A DNA stretch of 64,000 nt from Eledone cirrhosa (lineage: Eukaryota): the NCBI GenBank assembly GCA_964016885.1, contig OZ024748.1:48236001-48300000 (forward strand), given 5' to 3'. A model generated the notes under the pieces. The model saw only the letters and a list, made by a program, of their open reading frames with translations, was not told where the DNA came from and did no database searches. This document shows, one piece after another, positions 37,927 through 53,100 of the stretch (its first letter is position 1; each line of letters starts with the position of its first letter). The translations under genes were made by a program, and so were the position numbers.

Positions 37927-38145
37927 ACCATAGATCAAAGCCAGAAAGCATCTAGAATAAGATAGCTATGTTATTATGTTGGCCAATGGTAGATAAACTG
38001 GCATCAAATGACACAAAAGATGGGTAAATTCTTCAACAATATAGGAAATATATCTAATTGCTATGGCGATAGATGATTTTTTAAAACAGATTTGTATGCT
38101 TCAATTGATATTATTGCATTAAAAATCCTTTATCCAGCTTCCTCA

Positions 38146-39210
38146 ACACATCAGAACACATTGGAACATACTGGAACATACTGGAACACATCATAATACA
38201 TTGGAACACATCATAATACATTGGAACACATCAGAACATACTGGAACACATCATAATACATTGGAACACATCATAATACATTGGAACACATCAGAACATA
38301 CTGGAACACATCAGAACACATTGGAACACGTCAGAATACATTGGAACACATCAGAACATACTGGAACACATCAGAATACATTGGAACACATCAGAATATA
38401 TCGGAACACATCAGAATACATTGGAACACATCAGAACACATTGGAACACATCAGAACATACTGGAACACATCAGAATACATTGGAACACATCAGAACACA
38501 TTGGAACACATCAGAATACATTGGAACACATCAGAACATACTGGAACACATCAGAATACATTGGAACACATCAGAATACATTGGAACACATCAGAATATA
38601 CTGGAACACATCAGAATACATTGGAACACATCAGAATACATTGGAACACATCAGAATACATTGGAACACATCAGAACATACTGGAACACATCAGAATACA
38701 TTGGAACACATCAGAACATACTGGAACACATCAGAATACATTGGAACACATCAGAATACATTGGAACACATCAGAACATACTGGAACACATCAGAATACA
38801 TTGGAACACATCAGAATACATTGGAACACATCAGAATACATTGGAACACATCAGAACATACTGGAACACATCAGAATACATTGGAACACATCAGAATACA
38901 TTGGAACACATCAGAATACATTGGAACACATCAGAACACATTGGAACACATTGGAACACATCAGAACACACTGGAACACATCAGAATACATTGGAACACA
39001 TCAGAACACATTGGAACACATCAGAATACATTGGAACACATCAGAACATACTGGAACACATCAGAACACATTGGAATACATCAGAATACATTGGAACACA
39101 TCAGAATACATTGGAACACATCAGAACACATTGGAACACACCAGAACACATTAGAACACATCAGAACACATTAGAACACACCAGAACACATTAGAACACA
39201 TCAGAACATA
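38146..39210. repeat. 20-bp minisatellite built from 10-bp subunits, about 53 copies
   Basis: ttggaacaca-tcagaataca and variants. Confidence 0.95.
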
Positions 39211-39300
39211 GAGTTGCGACCGATAGATAGTATTAGCAATTGGAAAGACCAACGGAAACATTGTTCCCTCGGTCCGATTTGACGAAAGTCGATCGTTCCT
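39211..39300 (+). mobile_element. SINE family B 3' tail
   Basis: Reverse complement of 17365-17455. Confidence 0.85.
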
Positions 39301-39639
39301 TTATACTATATATAAAGTATATATACTATATATAAAGTATATGTACTAAATATACCATTTGGCATTATGAAGGACATCCAGTCATAGAAACCAAGCCAGA
39401 CACAGTTTCTGTAAGAGCAAGATGCGATCATCTGATCTGATTTGACTCACAGGACAACTCATCTAACCCATGCTAGAATGGAAAATGGACGCTAAACAGT
39501 GATGATGGTGATCTCATGTTTACTATGTATGAAGTATATACAGAATATATACTATGTCTTTGTTAGAGTGGGACTATGGAGGTAAGGGAGAGGTTCTATC
39601 TCAGTATACACATGTCCGTGTGACCGTGTCTATCTCAAT

Positions 39640-39644
39640 ATGCA

Positions 39645-39684
<40 letters not shown>

Positions 39685-39689
39685 TATTT

Positions 39690-39756
<67 letters not shown>

Positions 39757-39828
39757 TGCATGTGTGGATGTGGGTGGCGTGGGTGTGCATGTGTGGGTGT
39801 GGATGTGGGTGGCGTGTGTGTGTGTGTT
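39640..39828. repeat. (GT)n microsatellite
   Basis: Direct inspection. Confidence 0.9.
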
Positions 39829-40097
39829 TTGAAGGTGAAAAGATAACTAATTAATGCTCCGATTATGTAATTAATTGCCAATTAAATTAGCAAAGCCTCG
39901 GATGTTTGACAAATGTAACCTCCAGGTGGAGCCAGGTGGAGGAAGAGTGGGAGAGCGGGGATAAACATTTGTAATCAATTGAAACATAGATTGTTGATGG
40001 ATTGAAGTTGGTGTTGTTGTTTAGCCCTCGGTCAGACCAGGGGTTGTTCTGGCTGGTGCAGTAGTGGTGATGGTAGTAGCAGCAGCAGTAGTAGTAA

Positions 40098-40144
<47 letters not shown>

Positions 40145-40574
40145 ATGGTAGTGGTAGTGTTATTAGTAGTAGTAGTATGATGGTGTTATTAGTAGTAGTA
40201 GTAGTAATGGTGGTGTTATTAGTAGTAGTAATGGTGGTGGTGGTGTCATCAGGCATGGCCATATGGTAATAAGGTTTAACATCTCTACCATAATGTCCCT
40301 GGTTCAATCCTACAGTGTATCATATTACACTTAATTGACTCCCAAGCTTTGTGAGTGAGATTGTGGAGGCTGAGACTGCATGGAAGCCCACTGAATGGAG
40401 TGTACCTGTAATATAAAGATCCTATTTTGTCATGCACTGTGACACTATCTGGTAATTCACAAATACTCAGCCACATACTTTACAATTCCATGTGTATAGA
40501 GTTCCCCTGAGTAACCAACAGAACATTGACCCTAACAGAGATAGACAACAACAAAACAAACATTTAAACCTAAC

Positions 40575-41345
40575 AGCTACTACTACTACTATCACCACCA
40601 CTATCACTACTACAACACAACTCCACCACCAAACCTCACCACCCTTACTACTCTCCCCTTATCATTCCAACACCCACCACCACTAACATCATCATCATCA
40701 TCATTATCACCACCATCATCACCAACACCATCACCACTATCATCATCATTACCATAAGCATCACCACCATCATAACTATCGCCATCATCACCACCACCAC
40801 CACCACCAGCACCAACACTATCACCATCACCACCACCACCATCACCATCACCACCACCATCACCACTATCACCATCACCACCATCACCACCACCATCACC
40901 ATCACCATCACCACCATCACCACCACGACTATCACCACCACCACCATCACTACCATCACCATCACCACCATCATCACCACTATCACCATCACCACTATCA
41001 CCATCACCACCAACACTATCACCATCACCACTATCACCATCACCACCAGCACCAACACTATCACCATCACTACCACCACCAGCACCAACACTATCACCAT
41101 CACCACCACCACCATCACCACCACCACCATCACCACTATCACCATCACCACCATCACCACCACCATCACCACTATCACCATCATCACCACCACCATCACC
41201 ACTATCACCATCACCACCAACACTATCACCATCACCATCACCACCACCACCATCACCATCACCACCACCACCACCATCACCATCACCACCACCACCATCA
41301 CCATCACCACCACCACCACCATCACCACCACCACCACCACTGTCG
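40575..41345. repeat. (CAC/CAT)n low-complexity repeat
   Basis: Explains the Gly-Asp and poly-Val ORFs. Confidence 0.9.
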
Positions 41346-41796
41346 TCATCATTACAAATCACAGTTGTTATTGCTGCAGATGACACTGCCCCCACAGCAA
41401 CAGTTATTGCAACAATCATTGCTGCATCTACTGCAGCTGTTGCTGTTGCTGAAGAAGGTGCTGCTTCTGCTGCTGAAAATGATGCTGCAGTTGTGCAAAT
41501 CAATTTTGTGAATTATTTCCAGTATTTTTCACAGCCACATTCTAATCTACATGATTTCTTAACATCATATGACTTCAATCAATATTTGAAAATGTTTAAT
41601 CAATTTATTTACAGACCAGACCAGCCCAAACAGTTCCATGCCATTCTATTTCATAGCAGAACTGTTTGAATGCAACCAATTTATACAATTTCCTCATAAA
41701 CATACATCAAATATTGGAAATATCGATACGCCAACTTTCATTGCTTGAATTATTATTATTATTACAAACTTTCTGTAGTTCAGAATCTTGTGATGT

Positions 41797-41797
<1 letters not shown>

Positions 41798-41836
<39 letters not shown>

Positions 41837-41879
41837 TATATAAATATATATATAAATATATATATAAATATATATATAA

Positions 41880-41916
<37 letters not shown>

Positions 41917-41965
41917 AATATATATATAAATATATATATAAATATATATATAAATATATATATAA

Positions 41966-42059
<94 letters not shown>

Positions 42060-42064
42060 ATAAA

Positions 42065-42096
<32 letters not shown>

Positions 42097-42123
42097 TATA
42101 TATATATAAATATATATATAAAT

Positions 42124-42161
<38 letters not shown>
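41798..42161. repeat. (TA)n / TAAA-interrupted microsatellite
   Basis: Direct inspection. Confidence 0.95.
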
Positions 42162-42509
42162 GATACAACAAGCCTCAGTCTACTTGTCAGGCCAGACTTG
42201 CTGTGGCCTGTCCTGGCTTCACCTGACCTGTCCTTCAAAGTTGTTAGTGTATTTCAACATCATCATCATCATCATCATCATCACCATAATTATAATCATT
42301 ATCATCACCATCATAATCATAATTATCATCACCATTATTGTCATCATCAACATCACCATCATTACCGCAGTCATCATAATCATCATCATATTCACCATTA
42401 TAATCATAATCATCATTTAATGTCTGTCTTCCTTGCTAGCAAGGGTAAGATGGGTTATCATAGACTGGTCAGTACACAAACAGAGTTACTGATCTCTCAT
42501 ATGGGTCAG

Positions 42510-43351
42510 AGGCCTGTATCTTATTTACATACAGGTCCACTCTACTGATTGTTCCAACAAGCCAGGAGCCTGTATCTTATTTACATACAGGTCCACACTC
42601 TACTGATTGTTCCAACAAGCCAGGAGCCTGTATCTTACTTACATACAGGTCCACACTCTACTGATTGTTCCAACAAGCCAGGAGCCTGTATCTTACTTAC
42701 ATACAGGTCCACACTCTACTGATTGTTCCAACAAGCCAGGAGCCTGTATCTTACTTACATACAGGTCCACACTCTACTGATTGCTCCAACAAGCCAGGAG
42801 CCTGTATCTTACTTACATACAGGTCCACACTCTACTGATTGTTCCAACAAGCCAGGAGCCTGTATCTTACTTACATACAGGTCCACACTCTACTGATTGC
42901 TCCAACAAGCCAGGAGCCTGTATCTTACTGACATACAGGTCCACACTACTGATTGTTCCAACAAGCCAGGAGCCTGTATCTTACTGACATACAGGTCCAC
43001 TCTACTGATTGTTCCAACAAGCCAGGAGCCTGTATCTTACTGACATACAGGTCCACACTACTGATTGTTCCAACAAGCCAGGAGCCTGTATCTTACTTAC
43101 ATACAGGTCCACACTCCACTGATTGCTCCAACAAGCCAGGAGCCTGTATCTTACTTACATACAGGTCCACACTCCACTGATTGCTCCAACAAGCCAGGAG
43201 CCTGTATCTTACTTACATACAGGTCCACACTCTACTGATTGTTCCAACAAGCCAGGAGCCTGTATCTTACTTACATACAGGTCCACACTCTACTGATTGC
43301 TCCAACAAGCCAGGAGCCTGTATCTTACTGACATACAGGTCCACACTCTAC
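42510..43351. repeat. 58-bp minisatellite, about 14-15 copies
   Basis: Unit tactgattgttccaacaagccaggagcctgtatcttacttacatacaggtccacactc. Confidence 0.95.
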
Positions 43352-44094
43352 TTTAGTGTTGCACCAATACTAGAAAGGTTTTTATGTCTTTGTCACATTT
43401 GAAGAGTCCTCCTGGCCCTCTATTTAGCAGGTTTTCTATGGTTGGATACCCTTCCTATCATGAACAACTATACAGAGTGCACAGGGTGTGGTTATTATAT
43501 AGATCACCAACACTGGAAAAGCTGTCACATCTTTGTCACAACTGATGAGTCCTTCCAAGTTTTCTAGAGCTGGATGCCCTTCATATCACCAACCACTTTA
43601 CATAGTGTACGTGTTTATCATGTAAATCCCCAACACTAGAGAGGTTGTCATAACTATGGCATAGCTGAAGTGTCTTCCTCACCCTTTGTTTGACAGGTCT
43701 TAGACAACTGGATGCCCTTCATATCACCAACAATACTACATGCATTTATCATGTAGATCACTAATACTAGAGAGGTTGTCATGCATTTCAGAAACCTAAA
43801 TGCAAAGTTCACAAGATTTGCTACATCAGCCACACACCGACTACTCTATTAAGAAGCTTAACTATGCATATTGATGAAGGAGATACTTGTCAGAGTCATC
43901 CTTTTACATCAGCTTTCCATGCTGACATGGATTGGACCAGCAAATACTATAAATACAAAAAACCAACTCTCATTCAATGGGAGCACCACCAGTATTATTC
44001 TTGAGTTCCCATTACACAGAGTATGGCTTGGACTAAAGTTTGAAGCACAATTCCTACACTACTCTGTGTTCAGGAAAATGTTCTTCACAAATCA

Positions 44095-47000
44095 TATGAC
44101 AACCACCACCACCACCACCACCACCACTAACATCACCAACACCACCAACACGACAGCTATCACTAACACCCCCAGCAACATCACCAACACCATAATCCCC
44201 TCCACTCCCACCATGACCACCACCACCACCACCACCACCACTAACATCACCAACACCACCAACACGACAGCTATCACTAACACCCCCAGCAACATCACCA
44301 ACACCATAATCCCCTCCACTCCCACCATGACCACCACCACCACCACCACCACTAACATCACCAACACCACCAACACGACAGCTATCACTAACACCCCCAG
44401 CAACATCACCAACACCATAATCCCCTCCACTCCCACCATGACCACCACCACCACCACCACCACCACCACCACTAACATCACCAACACCACCAACACGACA
44501 GCTATCACTAACACCCCCAGCAACATCACCAACACCATAATCACCTCCACTCCCACCATGACCACCACCACCACCGCCACCACCACCACTAACATCACCA
44601 ACACCACCAACACGACAGCTATCACTAACACCCCCAGCAACATCACCAACACCATAATCCCCTCCACTCCCACCATGACCACCACCACCACCACCACCAC
44701 CACCACCACTAACATCACCAACACCACCAACACGACAGCTATCACTAACACCCCCAGCAACATCACCAACACCATAATCACCTCCACTCCCACCATGACC
44801 ACCACCACCACCACCACCACCACCGCCACCACCACCACTAACATCACCAACACCACCAACACGACAGCTATCACTAACACCCCCAGCAACATCACCAACA
44901 CCATAATCACCTCCACTCCCACCATGACCACCACCACCAACACCACCAACACGACAGCTATCACTAACACCCCCAGCAACATCACCATCACCATAATCAC
45001 CTCCACTCCCACCATGACCACCACCACCACCACCACCACCACCACTAACATCACCAACACCACCAACACGACAGCTATCACTAACACCCCCACCAACATC
45101 ACCATCACCATAATCACCTCCACTCCCACCATGACCACCACCACCACCACCACCACTAACATCACCAACACCACCAACACGACAGCTATCACTAACACCC
45201 CCACCAACATCACCATCACCATAATCACCTCCACTCCCACCATGACCACCACCACCACCACCACCACTAACATCACCAACACCACCAACACGACAGCTAT
45301 CACTAACACCCCCACCAACATCACCATCACCATAATCACCTCCACTCCCACCATGACCACCACCACCACCACCACCACTAACATCACCAACACCACCAAC
45401 ACGACAGCTATCACTAACACCCCCACCAACATCACCATCACCATAATCACCTCCACTCCCACCATGACCACCACCACCACCACCACCACCACTAACATCA
45501 CCAACACCACCAACACGACAGCTATCACTAACACCCCCACCAACATCACCATCACCATAATCACCTCCACTCCCACCATGACCACCACCACCACCACCAC
45601 CACCACCACTAACATCACCAACACCACCAACATGACAGCTATCACTAACACCCCCAGCAACATCACCATCACCATAATCACCTCCACTCCCACCATGACC
45701 ACCACCACCACCACCACCACCACCACTAACATCACCAACACCACCAACACGACAGCTATCACTAACACCCCCACCAACATCACCATCACCATAATCACCT
45801 CCACTCCCACCATGACCACCACCACCACCACCACCACTAACATCACCAACACCACCAACACGACAGCTATCACTAACACCCCCACCAACATCACCATCAC
45901 CATAATCACCTCCACTCCCACCATGACCACCACCACCACCACCACCACCACCACTAACATCACCAACACCACCAACATGACAGCTATCACTAACACCCCC
46001 AGCAACATCACCATCACCATAATCACCTCCACTCCCACCATGACCACCACCACCACCACCACCACCACCACTAACATCACCAACACCACCAACACGACAG
46101 CTATCACTAACACCCCCACCAACGTCACCATCACCATAATCACCTCCACTCCCACCATGACCACCACCACCACCACCACCACTAACATCACCAACACCAC
46201 CAACACGACAGCTATCACTAACACCCCCACCAACATCACCATCACCATAATCACCTCCACTCCCACCATGACCACCACCACCACCACCACCACCACTAAC
46301 ATCACCAACACCACCAACACGACAGCTATCACTAACACCCCCACCAACATCACCATCACCATAATCACCTCCACTCCCACCATGACCACCACCACCACCA
46401 CCACCACCACCACTAACATCACCAACACCACCAACACGACAGCTATCACTAACACCCCCACCAACATCACCATCACCATAATCACCTCCACTCCCACCAT
46501 GACCACCACCACCACCACCACCACTAACATCACCAACACCACCAACACGACAGCTATCACTAACACCCCCACCAACATCACCATCACCATAATCACCTCC
46601 ACTCCCACCATGACCACCACCACCACCACCACCACCACCACTAACATCACCAACACCACCAACACGACAGCTATCACTAACACCCCCACCAACATCACCA
46701 TCACCATAATCACCTCCACTCCCACCATGACCACCACCACCACCACCACCACTAACATCACCAACACCACCAACACGACAGCTATCACTAACACCCCCAC
46801 CAACATCACCATCACCATAATCACCTCCACTCCCACCATGACCACCACCACCACCACCACTAACATCACCAACACCACCAACATGACAGCTATCACTAAC
46901 ACCCCCAGCAACATCACCAACACCATAATCACCTCCACTCCCACCATGACCACCGCCACCAACATGACAGCTATCACTAACACCCCCAGCAACATCACCA

Positions 47001-47100
47001 ACACCATAATCACCTCCACTCCCACCATGACCACCGCCACCACCACCACCACCACCACCACCACCACCGCCACCACAAACACCGCCACTAACATCATCAC
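44095..47100. repeat. ~115-130-bp minisatellite with a variable (ACC)n tract
   Basis: Unit atg(acc)n actaacatcaccaacaccaccaacacgacagctatc...actcccacc; stop-free in one frame on each strand. Confidence 0.95.
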
Positions 47101-47143
47101 CAACTTCACATCAGTAAATGTGCACAAAAATATTTGAGTAAAT

Positions 47144-50100
47144 ACACACCCACACACACACTGATACAGGTATGCACACACCCACACACACACTGATACA
47201 GGTATGCACACACCCACACACACACTGATACAGGTATGCACACACCCACACACACACTGATACAGGTATGCACACAGACATACACACTGATACAGGTATG
47301 CACACACCCACACACACACTGATACAGGTATGCACACACCCACACACTGATACAGGTATGCACACAGACATACACACTGATACAGGTATGCACACAGACA
47401 CACACACTGATACAGGTATGCACACACCCACACACACACTGATACAGGTATGCACACACCCACACACACACTGATACAGGTATGCACACACCCACACACA
47501 CACTGATACAGGTATGCACACAGACATACACACTGATACAGGTATGCACACACCCACACACACACTGATACAGGTATGCACACACCCACACACTGATAAA
47601 GGTATGCACACAGACATACACACTGATACAGGTATGCACACAGACACACACACTGATACAGGTATGCACACACCCACACACACACTGATACAGGTATGCA
47701 CACACCCACACACACACTGATACAGGTATGCACACAGACATACACACTGATACAGGTATGCACACACCCACACACTGATAAAGGTATGCACACAGACATA
47801 CACACTGATACAGGTATGCACACAGACACACACACTGATACAGGTATGCACACAGACACACACACTGATACAGCTATGCACACAGACACACACACTGATA
47901 CAGGTATGCACAGACACACACACTGATACAGGTATGCACACAGACACACACTGATACAGGTATGCACACAGACACACACTGATACAGGTATGCACACAGA
48001 CACACACACTGATACAGGTATGCACACAGACACACACACTGATACAGGTATGCACACAGACACACACACTGATACAGGTATGCACACAGACACACACACT
48101 GATACAGCTATGCACACAGACACACACACTGATACAGGTATGCACACAGACACACACACTGATACAGGTATGCACACAGACACACACTGATACAGGTATG
48201 CACACAGACACACACTGATACAGGTATGCACACAGACACACACACTGATACAGGTATGCACACAGACACACACACTGATACAGGTATGCACACAGACACA
48301 CACACTGATACAGGTATGCACAGACACACACACTGATACAGGTATGCACACAGACACACACTGATACAGGTATGCACACAGACACACACACTGATACAGG
48401 TATGCACACAGACACACACACTGATACAGGTATGCACACAGACACACACACTGATACAGGTATGCACACAGACACACACACTGATACAGGTATGCACACA
48501 GACACACACTGATACAGGTATGCACACAGACACACACACTGATACAGGTATGCACACAGACACACACACTGATACAGGTATGCACACAGACACACACACT
48601 GATACAGGTATGCACACAGACACACACTGATACAGGTATGCACACAGACACACACTGATACAGGTATGCACACAGACACACACACTGATACAGGTATGCA
48701 CACAGACACACACTGATACAGGTATGCACACAGACACACACACTGATACAGGTATGCACACAGACACACACACTGATACAGGTATGCACACAGACACACA
48801 CTGATACAGGTATGCACACAGACACACACACTGATACAGGTATGCACACAGACACACACACTGATACAGGTATGCACACAGACACACACACTGATACAGG
48901 TATGCACACAGACACACACTGATACAGGTATGCACACAGACACACACTGATACAGGTATGCACACAGACACACACACTGATACAGGTATGCACACAGACA
49001 CACACTGATACAGGTATGCACACAGACACACACACTGATACAGGTATGCACACAGACACACACACTGATACAGGTATGCACACAGACACACACTGATACA
49101 GGTATGCACACAGACACACACTGATACAGGTATGCACACAGACACACACTGATACAGGTATGCACACAGACACACACACTGATACAGGTATGCACACAGA
49201 CACACACACTGATACAGGTATGCACACAGACACACACACTGATACAGGTATGCACACAGACACACACACTGATACAGGTATGCACACAGACACACACTGA
49301 TACAGGTATGCACACAGACACACACACTGATACAGGTATGCACACAGACACACACTGATACAGGTATGCACACAGACACACACACTGATACAGGTATGCA
49401 CACAGACACACACACTGATACAGGTATGCACACAGACACACACACTGATACAGGTATGCACACAGACACACACTGATACAGGTATGCACACAGACACACA
49501 CTGATACAGGTATGCACACAGACACACACACTGATACAGGTATGCACACAGACACACACACTGATACAGGTATGCACACAGACACACACACTGATACAGG
49601 TATGCACACAGACACACACACTGATACAGGTATGCACACAGACACACACTGATACAGGTATGCACACAGACACACACACTGATACAGGTATGCACACAGA
49701 CACACACTGATACAGGTATGCACACAGACACACACTGATACAGGTATGCACACAGACACACACACTGATACAGGTATGCACACAGACACACACACTGATA
49801 CAGGTATGCACACAGACACACACACTGATACAGGTATGCACACAGACACACACTGATACAGGTATGCACACAGACACACACACTGATACAGGTATGCACA
49901 CAGACACACACTGATACAGGTATGCACACAGACACACACTGATACAGGTATGCACACAGACACACACACTGATACAGGTATGCACACAGACACACACACT
50001 GATACAGGTATGCACACAGACACACACTGATACAGGTATGCACACAGACACACACACTGATACAGGTATGCACACAGACACACACTGATACAGGTATGCA

Positions 50101-53100
50101 CACAGACACACACACTGATACAGGTATGCACACAGACACACACACTGATACAGGTATGCACACAGACACACACACTGATACAGGTATGCACACAGACATA
50201 CACACTGATACAGGTATGCACACAGACACACACACTGATACAGGTATGCACACAGACACACACACTGATACAGGTATGCACACAGACACACACACTGATA
50301 CAGGTATGCACAGACACACACACTGATACAGGTATGCACAGACACACACACTGATACAGGTATGCACACAGACACACACACTGATACAGGTATGCACACA
50401 GACACACACTGATACAGGTATGCACAGACACACACACTGATACAGGTATGCACACAGACACACACACTGATACAGGTATGCACACAGACATACACACTGA
50501 TACAGGTATGCACACAGACACACACACTGATACAGGTATGCACACAGACACACACACTGATACAGGTATGCACACAGACACACACTGATACAGGTATGCA
50601 CACAGACACACACACTGATACAGGTATGCACACAGACACACACACTGATACAGGTATGCACACAGACACACACACTGATACAGGTATGCACACAGACACA
50701 CACACTGATACAGGTATGCACACAGACACACACACTGATACAGGTATGCACACAGACACACACACTGATACAGGTATGCACACAGACACACACACTGATA
50801 CAGGTATGCACACAGACACACACACTGATACAGGTATGCACACAGACACACACACTGATACAGGTATGCACACAGACACACACACTGATACAGGTATGCA
50901 CACAGACACACACACTGATACAGGTATGCACACAGACACACACACTGATACAGGTATGCACACAGACACACACACTGATACAGGTATGCACACAGACACA
51001 CACTGATACAGGTATGCACACAGACACACACTGATACAGGTATGCACACAGACACACACACTGATACAGGTATGCACACAGACACACACACTGATACAGG
51101 TATGCACACAGACACACACACTGATACAGGTATGCACACAGACACACACACTGATACAGGTATGCACACAGACACACACACTGATACAGGTATGCACAGA
51201 CACACACACTGATACAGGTATGCACACAGACACACACACTGATACAGGTATGCACACAGACACACACACTGATACAGGTATGCACACAGACACACACACT
51301 GATACAGGTATGCACACAGACACACACACTGATACAGGTATGCACACAGACACACACACTGATACAGGTATGCACACAGACACACACACTGATACAGGTA
51401 TGCACACAGACACACACACTGATACAGGTATGCACACAGACACACACACTGATACAGGTATGCACACAGACACACACACTGATACAGGTATGCACACAGA
51501 CACACACACTGATACAGGTATGCACACAGACACACACACTGATACAGGTATGCACACAGACACACACACTGATACAGGTATGCACACAGACACACACACT
51601 GATACAGGTATGCACACAGACACACTGATACAGGTATGCACACAGACACACACACTGATACAGGTATGCACAGACACACACACTGATACAGGTATGCACA
51701 CAGACACACACACTGATACAGGTATGCACACAGACACACACACTGATACAGGTATGCACACAGACACACACACTGATACAGGTATGCACAGACACACACA
51801 CTGATACAGGTATGCACAGACACACACACTGATACAGGTATGCACACAGACACACACACTGATACAGGTATGCACACAGACACACACACTGATACAGGTA
51901 TGCACAGACACACACACTGATACAGGTATGCACACAGACACACACTGATACAGGTATGCACACAGACACACACACTGATACAGGTATGCACACAGACACA
52001 CACACTGATACAGGTATGCACACAGACACACACTGATACAGGTATGCACACAGACACACACACTGATACAGGTATGCACACAGACACACACACTGATACA
52101 GGTATGCACACAGACACACACACTGATACAGGTATGCACACAGACACACACTGATACAGGTATGCACCAGACACACACACTGATACAGGTATGCACAGAC
52201 ACACACACTGATACAGGTATGCACAGACACACACACTGATACAGGTATGCACACAGACACACACACTGATACAGGTATGCACACAGACACACACTGATAC
52301 AGGTATGCACACAGACACACACACTGATACAGGTATGCACAGACACACACACTGATACAGGTATGCACACAGACACACACTGATACAGGTATGCACACAG
52401 ACACACACACTGATACAGGTATGCACAGACACACACACTGATACAGGTATGCACACAGACACACACTGATACAGGTATGCACACAGACACACACACTGAT
52501 ACAGGTATGCACACAGACACACACACTGATACAGGTATGCACAGACACACACACTGATACAGGTATGCACACAGACACCACACTGATACAGGTATGCACA
52601 CAGACACACACACTGATACAGGTATGCACACAGACACACACACTGATACAGGTATGCACACAGACACACACACTGATACAGGTATGCACACAGACACACA
52701 CTGATACAGGTATGCACACAGACACACACACTGATACAGGTATGCACACAGACACACACACTGATACAGGTATGCACACAGACACACACTGATACAGGTA
52801 TGCACACAGACACACACTGATACAGGTATGCACAGACACACACACTGATACAGGTATGCACACAGACACACACTGATACAGGTATGCACACAGACACACA
52901 CACTGATACAGGTATGCACACAGACACACACTGATACAGGTATGCACAGACACACACACTGATACAGGTATGCACACAGACACACACACTGATACAGGTA
53001 TGCACACAGACACACACTGATACAGGTATGCACACAGACACACACACTGATACAGGTATGCACAGACACACACACTGATACAGGTATGCACACAGACACA

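Noticed and set aside
38201-39194. His/Trp-rich repeat ORFs in all three plus frames
   Set aside because: Translation of a stop-free 20-bp minisatellite
40610-41503. Gly/Asp-rich ORF resembling a structural protein (also 149..907)
   Set aside because: Reverse strand of (CAC/CAT)n repeats
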